Positions 47,399 to 60,329 of a stretch of 64,000 nt of DNA are shown here, in pieces. Under the pieces are notes generated by a model. The model ran no database searches. It had not been told where the DNA came from and saw only the letters and a program-made list of their open reading frames with translations. Source of the DNA: Ramazzottius varieornatus (lineage: Eukaryota; Animalia; Tardigrada). The DNA is taken from the NCBI GenBank assembly GCA_001949185.1, contig BDGG01000002.1, positions 496,001 to 560,000 of the forward strand, written 5' to 3'. How positions within the stretch are numbered: the stretch's first letter is position 1; the number at the start of each line of letters is the position of its first letter. Made by a program: the position numbers and the translations under genes.

Positions 47399-50300
47399 AT
47401 GAGTAACGCGGCAGCCTACGATAACCTACCAACACCACCTCCATCCGCTGATGGCGCTGCTACCGTTATCCCTGCCCAGAGTGTCATCACCGAGTTGTAC
47501 CAAGCGACGGTGGCCTTGCTGGAGACGAGTACACTACAGCCCAACGTGTTTGTCAACAAGTGGGGAGCTGTACCATGCCAGGCCGTAGGTCTCCGCTCCT
47601 ACGTCGTCTACTACTTCTTCGCCGCCTTGATCATCCCGGTGCTGGCCCTCCTCTTCGTCTTAGGCGCCTGGCTCAAGCGGAAGTTGACCAAGAACTGGCT
47701 GCGCTTGAGACAGCGGGGCGAGTACGAGAGTCTGGAGGACGCGGAAGATGTCCTGGGGACACACAATGTCCAGCCTCACCTGGACAAGATCAAGGCGCTG
47801 GTCATTGCAGCCGAGGAACGACACGCTATATGGAACTGGCTGGGCGCAGCTTCGACCTCGCATACAAAAATCGGTGAAAGGGTGATGATCGGCGGTATCC
47901 TGTGCGCCGCGGTATCCTTTCTCATCTACCTGGTGTCCACTTCGGGCGATATTGTTAGCGTAGAAATGTGCGGGACAATGCCCAATGCCGCACAGTTCGT
48001 TGATTGGCTAGCCAACTTTTACTTATTGTGTTACTTTGTCATTCGGCTGATTGGGACTGAGAAAAAGATGAAGGTGCTGGTCAGCGGCTACTCTATCGTT
48101 GACTATTTCTGTATTCCTGCCGTCTTGATTAGCGTCTTTCAAGACCGATACTTCACCGGTAATTTTGAACCGGACTGGTTTTCGAATTGTTGTCCCCCTT
48201 TAACCTTGGCAAACAAACTCGACCAGATCTTACTTCCGAGTGGCGCCACTTGAAAAATCTATCTGGTCGAGTCTGATTGTTCTGCCAAATGGCGCATGCT
48301 TCCAGTGTTATTGGCTGGAAGCGTGCGTCACTGAGAAAAGCGATCGGGTTGACTTCCTTCGGTTGGGCCCTCATAAACGTTTCGTTTATGTTTGACAGGT
48401 TTCACCTTCCTTCGGATCTACAACTTCATGTGGCTTGTCGAGGTCCTGTCCAAGCGCGGCGTCTTGCGAACACCCAACGCTGTCAAGTTGACCCATCTGT
48501 TGATCCTGGTCGTTGTGACGCTCTTTTCCGCCGCCGGTTTCCTCCATCTAGTGGAGAACAAGGGGGACTTCTATCCGCTGACCGCGGTGTACAATGGCCA
48601 GCATGTCAACTTTTGGCGTTGCTTCCTGTACCTGTACGGTAAAGTGACGCTGATCGACCTCAGTGGCATGGCGGTCCGTAGTGTCCTGGGCAAGTTCGTC
48701 ATCTACGGCTTCCAGCTGATGGCTTTGGTAAGGATGCCACCCCAAACTCAGACATACCTTCTGATTTCGGAGATTGATTTTTGGCCTTATAGGGTATTAT
48801 TGGTCGATCCATCCCTCAAATTATCGCCCTTTTGAGAATTACACCGGAATATGACAAAGATTACATCACGCCCGAGCGCTTCTTGTAAGTCACGGCGAAA
48901 ATCAAAGTTAAATTTGTGACGGACTCTTGAATCCTCGACAGGCACATCGTCATTTCCGGACACATCACCGAATCGTCCGTCAAAGCTTTCCTTCGAGAGT
49001 TTTATCATCCCGATCGCGATATCAGCCAGCATTTCAAAATCGTCATTCTCGGAGAGTAAGTCAGAGTCGTATGTAAAGGACCTTTTCCAAGTGGCGCACG
49101 GCTCCAGGCAACACTACCGTAAAAATGCGCCACCTGAGAAAACAACCAAGCTCGCCATGATCCTTTTCCCAACTGGCGCACGCTGTCACCCTATGCCACT
49201 GTCAATGTGCGCCACTTGGATGAAGTTATCTTGTCGAAAATCTTTGCCAAGCCCCAAATATCTCGATGGAACATTTGAACCTTGATTTTTGTTGTTGATT
49301 AGTAAGCCGCCCGACGAAGCCATCGATCGGATTCTGAAGCAGTACTTCAACCGAGCCGACTACCGGCGCGGCTCCATCATGAGCTTGCTGGATCTCAACC
49401 GCGTCAAGGTCTTTGAAGCAGCGGCCACCGTGCTGGTCGCGGACAAAGCGACAGCGGACTCTGATTCCGAAGACGCCGTCAATATCATGCGTGTCGTCTC
49501 CATCAAGAACTTCAAGCCCGACGCTCGAGTAATCGTGCAAATTCTGCAGTATCATAACAAGGTACTGCGCTAACTAGCGCTTCAATACTTCTTTTCGAGT
49601 CTCATTAGGCACCAACTAGACTTTCTATACCTGCAGGCATACCTCCAAAACATTCCATCGTGGAATATCCAAGCGGGAGACATTGTCATCTGTATTGCAG
49701 AACTGCGCTTGGGGCTGTTGGCTCAAAGCTGCTACGCTCCTGGCTTCTCCACGCTGATGGCCAACTTTTTCACTACCCGATCGTATAGCGACAAAATCCG
49801 AGTACGTCAAAACAAAAGCCCAGCCTTTTCAGTTTCAGATGAAACGAAAAAAAATATAGGGAGAAAAAATCGACGAGATCGGTTGCTCAAATGGCTCAAA
49901 TTTCGCTCGTCAGAATTGGGTTTTCCAGTTGACGCACGCTTGTAGCAGAAAACACTGTTAGCGTGCGTCACTTGGGAAAACCAGAAAACTTGAGTACGAG
50001 TAGCAATAGATCCTTTCGCCTAGTGGCACACTCTAGCGACTAATAATGCCGGAAAGGTGCACCGCGTGTGAGAATGATCTTCTCAAATTTATTCGCTGGA
50101 CTCTTCAGTTATTTTATTTTTTCCAGAACTGTCAGGTGAATTTTGCCTAATGTTTGTTTCAGTATGGCGAGGTGTGGCTGCAAGACTACGCGCGAGGTAC
50201 TTCTCTGGAAATGTACGCTCGAGCAATGTCGGACGCCTTTGCTGGCATGACTTTTACGCAGGCCTGCGAATTCTGCTACCTCCGTCTAAAGATTGTTCTT

Positions 50301-53300
50301 GTGGCCATCAAGACCGACGCCAACAATGTGGCCACTATGCCACAAGTCAACCCAAGCCACGCTATAATAGCCCCTGCCTCCATCGGTTATTTCATCGCCG
50401 ATTCCACCGAAGAAGTCGACCGAGCCAGCTTCTACTGCGCCGTCTGTCATCGCGATATCGACGACCCATCCCACATCAAACGCTGTGCTTGTAATGGTAA
50501 GACTCGCCACGAGGATGTGACCAACCAAACCCGGCTAAAAACTGCCACTTCCGGTCATGCTTTCACCATGTTTAATCAGTAATCAAACAGTGGTTTTGCT
50601 CTAAAGTATATAAACAGGGGCCAAACCCAAACACTTACCAAGTTTTTGCAACCTTGGTTCTAACAGGCAAGGTCAAGGAGGAGAGTGGTCTAATGCGGCT
50701 GTTTGTCACACCCAAAGAGGAGCTGACAGCGGCAGATCTTGGTGTGGCCGTCGACGCTTTCAACATGGAAAGCAAAATTTGGTCTTTCATCAAGCGATAT
50801 CCGGCATCGTAAGCACCGAACAATGGTTTGCGGCTTTCTGTCACGTGGTATTTCTGAATGCGGTTAAACTACCTTTCAGACCAGCACGCTCTGTGGTTGA
50901 GCGGTCCGGAGTCGATGACGTAGCGCAACGTGGTGGTCAAGACGGTGAAGAGGACCCCAATGGAGTACACAGACGGCGCCCCAGCTCTGACCAGGTCATT
51001 TACGACTCAACGGGTATGCTCAGTCCTCCTTTCCGATATACATAGTAGCAAGACAGAATCGGCGAAAAACAGGAAAACCGGAAAACTCGACAAGACGTGT
51101 GTTTGCCGCAGTGGCGCACTTTTAGTTCAGTGTTGAGAGGTGGAAAAAATGCGTCACTTTTGAAAAGTGGCCTGGTTCATGTGTGTTTATCCAGCTGTGA
51201 AAATGTTGCTTTTTACTGCAGGATGTTTGCTTTTTTGGATAATGTTGCTTTTTTTCTCTGCAGGTATGTTTTATTGGTGTCCGGGTCGGCCCATCGAGTC
51301 GGTGGTCAAGAGTCGTCAGGAGGCGGCCAAGGCGCAGTTTAGCGGTCATATCGTCATCTGCATCCTAGCTACTCCCGGCTCGCAGATCGTCGGCCTCCAC
51401 AGCTTCATCTTGCCACTTCGCGCCAGTTTCTTCAAAGAGGAATCCCTTCGTGAGATCGTTATTCTCAGCGACCACGCCTTCATGCGTAAAGAATGGTCAT
51501 ATATTATGAATTTGCCCAAGATAACCGTAGTGCGAGTAAGGACAATCATCTTCTTCTTATCCAATAAGTCTTTGCGGTTGTATTCGTTTGATTGTTTGAT
51601 TGGTCCTCGACAGGGAACGGCGCTCAATCGTGCCGACTTACGTGCAGTCATGCTCAACACGTGCAAGATGTGCGTCATCCTGGGTTCGCCGGCCACCGGC
51701 ACGCAGATGCAGAATGTCGATAATGCCTTGATTGACCGATCAGTTATCCTTGCCACCTTGAATGTCAGGGCCATGAGGTTCTCCGACGAGGTGGATCTGG
51801 AAATACACGATTCTGACGGTTTGTGCTTGGTCACTGTTCCTCTTATCTATCCCCAAGTGGCGCACTTCTCATTGCTCTTGGCTAGGTGCTTGCGCCACTT
51901 GGAAGTACGATCTGGTCCATTTTGATTGTCTTGTCAAGTGGCGCACTCTCTCCATGCTACAGTCTCTAAGTGTGCGCCACTTTGGAAGAGGATCTTGTTG
52001 AACCTGACATATGTGTTAGAACGAGTCCCATTGTGTTTGTATCTCTGCAGCGACGAGTGACACGGCTTCTATTTCCGAAACAAGCAGTAAGCTGATCGGG
52101 TCTGATCGTTGCACTTAATCTTCTGGTGAACAAGCATGTTGTCGGTTGAAGGTATGTATCGACAACGGAAGTCTCTGAAGACCCGCGCAAGGCAGACAGG
52201 TTACGAAGTGCCACTGGTGACGGATTTATGTAAGTTCTACGCGACATAGTTATCGGGATGGTTGGCGTTGACGTATTTAGTTGAACTCTTTTGTAGTGCG
52301 AGAGTCAAATGCCCAGTTCTTAGATCAGGATGATGACGATAAGCCGGGCACCGAGTTCTACATGACACAACCCTACACTTGTGGGCGAGCATTTTCGAGT
52401 ACCGTCCTCGACTTGCTCAGCATTACCTCCTTCTTCAACCCCGTCATTGTCAACGTCTTCCGCACCATGATCTTTGGTACACCCAAAAATGGCGTAGATA
52501 TCGTGACGAGAAACACTGATCGTGTCATAACAGATATGTTCCGTTATGGGACGGATTGGTTGACCATGCTGACTTGGTTAAATAGGGTACATATCAGTGT
52601 TTGCTGTCACGATTACAGTTGCGCGCCACCCTCGTTGTTTCTGGCTCTTGTCCTGCCCACGTTGCTGAAATTTTGTGGGTTTTTACATCAGGTGGGGCTT
52701 CTCTGGAGCTCGAAAAGATTCTTGCCGAAGGCGCAGGTAACTTTGTTTGCGGTCAAGTAAACGTCAAAGCAAATGAATTAGAACTCGAAAAGCTCAGATT
52801 TATAAGTGGCGCACACTGTCGGCCAAAAACGCTGCAAACATGCGCCACTGAGAAAACGAAACAAGCTCGACAAGGTCGCTTTCCCAGATGGCGCACGCAC
52901 CCGGTCGAAAATATCGACCACGTGCGTCTCTTGGGGAAACAATCTAGTCGAGTTTATTTGCCGAGCTCCTAATTTCCATGTGAAGAAGAGAAAATCAAAC
53001 CAGGTTGTTAACTTGTCCACTTGCACTGAATGCACTTTCAGGGTTGATTGGTGGGTCGAATATTTCTCAGCCCGCCCAGCTGAAAGGCCAAGTTATCGTC
53101 AATCAGTTCCCGATAGCGAACGGGCCACTGTCAGTTCACGCTGTAAGACGCATAATATCATTTTTGAATTTGGTCTTCGGTACTTAGACTGGAATGACGG
53201 GTTGATTTGCTTTGGTTGGCAGGAATCAACGTACGGCGGACTTTTTATCGATGCGCTAGTGAGCTTTGGCAAGTTATGTTTGGGCGTGTACCGGAAGATG

Positions 53301-53519
53301 GATCCGACAGATGATAAATTAAGAGCAGCCAAGCGTTTCGTAATCACAAACCCGCCAGAAGATTTCATTCTAGACCCAACAGACTGGATTTTCAGTTTGG
53401 ATAGGCCTGATGTCCTTGAAATGAGAGACCCGAATAAGGGCCTCGCCGCCTTTTTAAGTGGCAAATCCCCGACAGCGGCGAAAGATGACTTGGAAGACAA
53501 ACTATTCTTGGACGATTAA
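47399..53519 (+). CDS. slo-like: Divergent Slo1/BK (KCNMA1)-family channel subunit, 17 exons, intact frame, non-canonical pore
   Basis: Exons 47399-48158, 48399-48727, 48793-48884, 48942-49055, 49303-49561, 49637-49801, 50163-50496, 50667-50808, 50880-51013, 51264-51535, 51614-51818, 52051-52086, 52152-52229, 52297-52476, 52692-52756, 53071-53142, 53223-53519. Motifs: [92 protein letters not shown], Ca bowl [19 protein letters not shown]. Confidence 0.92.
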
Positions 53520-54747
53520 TCTCTGTCGACTGTAATGTGTTAGCATTAATTTTCATCCCTCACGTCCATTTGTATTCGCATTTTATTACCTCTCTGTTCT
53601 TTGGTGCATAATTTGTAAAAGTCAAAGTTGTTCGGGGCAAACTGAAATTTGGAACTCTAGCGTAAAAAATTCGACAAGATTCCTTCTCAATGTGACGCAT
53701 CTCTACAGCCAATAACACCGAGAAAGTGCGTTACTTGAGAAAATGGAACACCGACGTGATTTTTTACCAGGCGATGCACTCTGTCAGCCAAGAGCACTGT
53801 ATACATGCGCCACTTGAAGATCAATAATCGAGGTTGTCTGCCGAAGTCTCACGTGTCGGCAAATTTTGTCTGGTCGATCTGATGGAGTGGTGTCTCTGCG
53901 GCAAGAAATAGTGTAATTCATTGATCGAAACGATGGTGAAAATTGCGGCTTCTTTCGTCCTCGCCGTTTCTTTTGCGTCATTCTCTCCGTTGGATATCAG
54001 TCCCGTATGCACCAGCATATTGTACGTGATTGCACTGCGCATTTTTAATGTTTTCCTAAGTTAGCGAATGCCTCGCTTCGAGCTATGGATCAATCAAAGC
54101 ACGATCAAGTTCTTCCCGCTTACCAAAGTCCACAGTCACCTTCTAGAGGAAATCACGAAGCAAATATGATACACCGGAAGTTCGACCATAAATCCCTCTC
54201 CAGTACTTCACCTTCGGGAAAAATTTCCCCACAAGGGTCATACAATAAATATTGACCAACATCCATATCCGTTAAGGTATATTGACGCTGGCGGGCCACT
54301 GAGCTGTCAAGTGGCGCAGGCACGTCCAACAGTGCGTAGTCCTAGTCAAGACCTGTCTTTGTTCCATTATCCACTTGGGCCCTTTGGTGCAGGCTAAGCA
54401 CGAATATTAGGATACTAGACCCGAACAATATTCCGAGGCATTAGCTCAGTCCCAGCCCACTCCCTTCGGCCCCATCTCTTTCATCCGCGAGACGTGTTAT
54501 TAGCTAATCGAAAGTAGGGTCCCTGGCTGGCTTCCGCCGGCCCGATCAATCCCGATAAAAGACAGTTCTCTCACCTTTTCTTGACATACGCACGCACTGG
54601 CCTTTTCTCATACCCACGGGAACCACCCGGATTTGCATCCCTTCTTCTCCTAAATAAAATATTGGGTGCGGTGCGCGATACTGCGGGAGGGTTGGAGATT
54701 TTTCTGAACAGTCGTCGAACCGACTCGAACCGGCCTTCAGTATCAAC

Positions 54748-55314
54748 ATGTCGAGCTTCTTCCAAACCTCCGCCGTACTGGCCATCGTCCTGGTCGTCGT
54801 ATCAGTATTATCTTCGACAGCCGTTCGCGCGGAAAAAGATGCTGCATCTGCTGTGTCGCCACTGTTAGACACCACGGACCCGAGGTCATTTAACCCAATG
54901 GCCATGTGGATTCTTCGGAGGCTGGCGCAGGTAAGTTCACCAGTCTGCTGAACAACCGCCTCATCTACTATTGATATTTCACTATGGATATTTTAGTGTA
55001 CCGGATCAAATTTTTTGAGGAATAACCGCGATAAAATAAAACCACTAGCAATCTTTTTTCTGGAATGTGCGGTGAAAATCACAGTAAAGAATGGGTTGTG
55101 ACTTTTACCTGCTTGATTGCAGGAAAACGATTCTCAAGGCGTACGTCCTTCGCGACTTCTGGGAAACACGGATTTTATGCTGATGCCTCCGAACCTATCC
55201 GATTACGACACAGAGGACAGGCTGCTGCGGCAAGCTGATCGCATCGGACTAGCGGTAAAACGCGGACAGCAGCCTAGCGGTTTCTGGGGATTCCGTGGAA
55301 AGCGTCATGTCTGA
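54748..55314 (+). CDS. Tachykinin-related neuropeptide precursor (single peptide GQQPSGFWGFR-amide), 2 exons
   Basis: Exons 54748-54930 and 55123-55314. Signal peptide, then KR-GQQPSGFWGFR-G-KR, matching the protostome FxGxRamide motif. Confidence 0.85.
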
Positions 55315-56506
55315 CTTGCACAGTCCTAGTTTCAAAGCACTCCATCATCAGCATTATCAACATTTCCGGGGTGTTGTTTGAAAGTTGTTTAATTTGATGG
55401 CTGAGAAGTCATAGTTCTGTGAGAGAGGCACGAGGGGATTTTGCACTCTTTATTCAGGGTAGTACAATAATACTTCTTTGGCCACACAATACGGGTCTGC
55501 CTGGTATTCCAGATTTCTGCGTGGTATTCCATGGTATTCTATGAATGTCGCTTTCTGCCGGATCTGCGTTCGTATTTTCTGAATTTGTCAATGAATCAAA
55601 TTCGAAAATATACGCAATTTTTTGCGCTTATTACATTTGGGTTTAGCGTATTCAGTATCTTTCTGGACATCACATGCACTCCTGTCAACCTGATACCTAA
55701 GAAAAGCGGGAAGTCGGTTTCTGGGCAATAGCGTACTGTTGTCGTATTCATCTGCGCATCAGTGCTTGTAGATAAAAATCGGGGTCCGCGCCGGCATTTC
55801 ATAAGACGGCTGGCTTTCACCAAGAGAATACGTGGTTCACTGCTCATGAAAAAAGGAACATTAACGAAATGTGCAGTTAGCGTTTCTAGAGCGTGAAATA
55901 GGCAATAGTACAATGCGCCGAGCTCGCAGTGGAAGGGATGTGGATAACGGTACAGTGAAGGTAAAATCATAGCTTCTTCGGTACAGCGATTAACTGACGA
56001 AGGATGAGTGGAGATCAGGGAGAGCTGAGTAAGGCGATGATCATGAAGAAGCAGAACTTCAGGCCCTAATCGAAATCCAGGCCAATCCGGCGTGTTGACG
56101 TTTCGCGAGGGTTCGCCGAAATGGTGCTGGTAGGTGAAAAGGGACCCGATCGGACACTATGATACAAAATATGCGCCAGTGGAGTCGGTAATGTCATCCA
56201 GGCAAAAAATCGAGTACCTAAAACAATAAATCGGGTTTGGTATCAGTTTGAATATTGCTTTCAATTGAAACTCTGTATATAAAGTTCAACGTCCATCCTC
56301 CGAAGTTTCCAATGCATGGATCACAAAATTGTATGACCTCGTAAGGACTAAATGTTGAAATTAGCTAACGTGACGCGTCAGAAAATTCTCTGGGGAGCGT
56401 CGATTTTGATGTAAATGTTGAACTGTCGATACACTTATCCAATTACAACAAATTGCCCAAGCTTTACCTCAAAGAGGCCTGTCGATAATCAATAGGAATA
56501 GCGTCA

Positions 56507-57970
56507 TCATCGGCGGTCGCGAGGATACGCCAAGTTACGATTCGATGCGCCATGAGAGGAACCCAATGGGAGACTGCCCTGGGCCATGTGCAGCACAGAT
56601 GGCGCAGCCGAGCGCTTCTTCCCTCCCCACGCGAAGTAAGTGCGACCTCGCACTTCCGATCGCGGCGAGAACTGTGCATCTCGCTTTCCACCTACATCAG
56701 CATCAGAGTTAATTTCTTCCATCAAACTTGTTATGGAGCCTGTAATAAAGCATGCGAACATTCAAGGCCCCCTCATTTTCACACAAAAGGAACGTTTGCC
56801 AAAATTATATGTGGCGAATACAGCGGACCATAATGCGTACTAATTTTCTCTTTTCTACAGTGCGTGACAGCCAACTTGAGTTCCCTTTTTCGAAGATTTT
56901 TCTTGAAGCCCACAGGTCACAGATTGCTTTGGCCCTATTTCTTCCAGTTGTCCGTTCACTTCTACGTCTAACATAATTGTATTTGGATTTAAGTCACTCA
57001 CATCAGTTTACGCTAAGAAAGACCGTACCGACGTCAAGCCGAGGTAAGACCCTCTGACAGACACCAGCTTTCTGCATCTCAAAAACTAACGACGAATTTC
57101 CGGCTTAAATTTTGACCGCTGTTTGTAAAGTCAAAACAAAGCCCAAGAACCATTCTTTTGAACGCACTGAATCATAAAGCATGAAACGTTCCTCGCTGAC
57201 ATCACAGCTTTGAGAATTCCTCAGCCTTCGTAATCCAGGGAATACCATTCAAATTTCCCTTCACGCACATCTTGCGGTCCCTGCAATTCCTCCATCGACC
57301 GAAAAGTAGCCCACACATTCAGTAGCAAGACTCCAAGAAGAAATCCGAAGAGTCAGAACTGTCAGCAGGTCGTTCGGTACTGTGCTGCTTCATGACCGAA
57401 CCAATGAAAAATGAGCCGAATAAAAAAACCAAAACGGAATCTCCTATCCCGAGTAAAGTGGAAGGAGCGCAAGTTGGCTGCCACACACCGTATATTCCTG
57501 ATTAAATGGCACACGCTTTCACCAAATAACACAGAAATTATGCGCCACTAGAGAAAATAACCAAACTCGACTGGGTACGTTTTATCCAAGCGGCGCAAGC
57601 TTCCAGTCATCAACACCGAGAACTTGCTTCACTTGGGGAAAACTTTTCTACCAACCAGAGCTTTCGGACAACAAATCGAAATTAGGTTGAAAATGTAAGT
57701 GAGCTCACCGAAGGCATAAAATCCGACACCCTTGCGCTTCGAGGGATATGGGTAAATTCTGGACATGGAGTTGAAGGGGGCGAACAGTCTTGGTGGCCTG
57801 ACATATTCCTCATCCGGAACTTCGAGGCCTTGGGAAGGAAAATAGCTGGCTTGTCCCGATGCAGCGGCTAGTACCGGAAGGGGGACCACCGCCGAGACTA
57901 ATAATGTGGTGACCATGAGAAGGGCAAACCAGCTTCCGCAGCCCGACGGACTTATCCGAAGACCCGCCAT
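56507..57970 (-). CDS. Leucokinin (kinin)-like neuropeptide precursor, 2 exons
   Basis: Exons 57970-57709 and 56691-56507 (phase 1). Signal peptide, then KR-KGVGFYAFG-G-KR and ...GRTYFAWG-G-KKR, variants of the FxxWGamide motif. Confidence 0.78.
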
Positions 57971-60329
57971 CACTGACACGTCGAGAAAATGCGCGACTCT
58001 GTGAAAGATACAACAGAAACGCGGCTCAAATCACTTCAGATTAGTGCAAAGGAAAAAACTGTGCATGATATCGATAAGGGGCAGGTCTATTTCATTCATC
58101 AGAGACATTAAGCCCCAGTTAGTTCAGCTGGTCCCATAAATAGCAGAAAAAACATGGAGTGAACAGGTAAAGTAATGGTGATTAAACAGTAGCAGATGGG
58201 TCGCTATGATGACGCGGAAGTTTCAAGTGGAGTCTCGGCTCAGTTCGTTACAGAGTAGAGACCTTAACGATCACTTCAGGACTTTGATGATGTGTTTCCC
58301 GTAAAGTTGTTTTAGGAGGAGAGTTCACGGTACAACGCACGTCATCTGTTGAATCTCAGACGGGAAAAGTCCGCAGACTGAATTGCAGATCGACGCGGAT
58401 TTTTTGATGAGTTTACACAAGAAACACAAAATACTCTTCCCTTCGGCCGAACTGGATACTTTGTCGGCGTCCCGTCAACGCATAGTATTTAACAGTCAAA
58501 GCAAGACCAATGACGCTAGCGTCAGGATGATCGAAACCGGTCAAGTTGCAACCTCGGCGATATCGAACTTAGTTATCTTCCGAGTTCGATATACCACATC
58601 GAATATGTCATTCGAAAACTTGTCGCATTACCCTATAATAAAGATGCATTGATTTTAGGGCGTGCTTCAGCCGTGTTCCATCAGTAGCTTGACTCGACGG
58701 CAACCAGAAAGTACTACAGCTTTTTCCCATTACTAATTACCGGGCGATCAGGTTACCAGCTTGTTCAGTGGTCTTTGCTGTAAGATGATCCTGGCTTGCT
58801 TCCGTTAAGTTAACTTCCGTTGCAAAAGATCTCAGGTTTGACACACTCGGACAAGGTCGACGATTATATCGACGAGTTAGTTAACTAAAGCCACTGCACC
58901 CGTACACTGCGCAGTTTGGACATGGTCTGGGATAACAACAAAGTGCGCCTTCGCGCCGTCATTTGCAGTCAGCAATCAGGATAGGAATGAGAAGAAGACG
59001 GCTCAACTGAGTTCGATTCAAACCACCAATATTTTCACGTCGGTTCGTAGGAAATCCGATAAAAATATAGTAAAACGTTTTGGATTGAAAATCAAATTAA
59101 GTTAAGAAGTGCTATCCCACTCAGATGCATGTTAACATTGATCGTCAGTCTTCGTCCAAACAGTGCATGACGTGTGCGAACCATAATATAATTAATTTTA
59201 ATGTCCAAAACGCGGCAGAAACGAACTTTAATTTGTAAAGGCCCTACGAAATCAAGTCGGATAGAACTACGTAGAATCACATTCTAAAGAAAAGTCATGT
59301 TGGTGTCGGCTTCAGATTCCCCAGGGGAAACGACATCGAGACAAAAAAAGGACGAACGGGAAGATGCAGACTCTGCTCCCCTTTCCAACCCCTCACCCCC
59401 TCCTTGTAGCCTAGGCTCAGGATTAAACATGGATTACTCCCGAGTTCTCAAGCAAGGGAACGCTTGATATACTGTATGTAATGTAATTCGACAGCAATGA
59501 TCATTTTTCGGACGTTGAGACTTTCGCTTACCTTCGTTCTTCGCTTTGGCTTGCTCGCTATGACCTTCAGCCGAATAATCCTTGCAAGAAAAGGTCACTT
59601 CTGTTTCGCAGATGGTTCAGAAAGACATGAATGCCACGCTTAAGTTGGGGATCGTGCGAAGAAAACACAAAGATGTCCTCTGCACGTAGCTGGTCCAGAC
59701 TTCAGCTTTTCAACATCAATGAAAGTTCGAAGCAGATGCAGGTTTGGATTAAGTGAGCGAGAGTATTACGTTTACGGTAGCTAAAGGGCTGAAGATTTGA
59801 ATAAGTGCACGATCCTAGAAACACTTGGGACCCTGCTTGTGCCATACTCTACTTGGTCTGGAAAAGTCTGGGCAGTTTCTAACGATTTACGAAGAGGTCA
59901 TCCATAACTATGCGTGCGTCACAGAATAAGGCGACTTGCGTTGCGTCGATCATCGTATTGTCTTTGTCAATTGAGCAAAGTGTAATGGAGACAACCACTT
60001 TCTCCGCGTGGAGGATCGACAAAAGTATATACAGCTTTTAACACGCCACTTTCAATTGGGAGTAACCGATTCCAAGGAAGAACTTGCCTATTGAAGTGGG
60101 TGCAAGCTCTTTGCCGACTTCGCACAACTACACACTCATCAATCGTGTTGCATGGAATAGTATTCTGTCTTCTATGGTCGGTGACAGTTCAGATAGAGCA
60201 TCTCCTGTTTGGATGAGAAACGATCCCATCTTCCGACGGCGTAGAACGCGGCAAACGGAAATGACACGGAAGATCGTCAATCAAGTCACAATCAATGGTA
60301 TGAGCGTGCGTACCGTACAGTGCAGTTAC

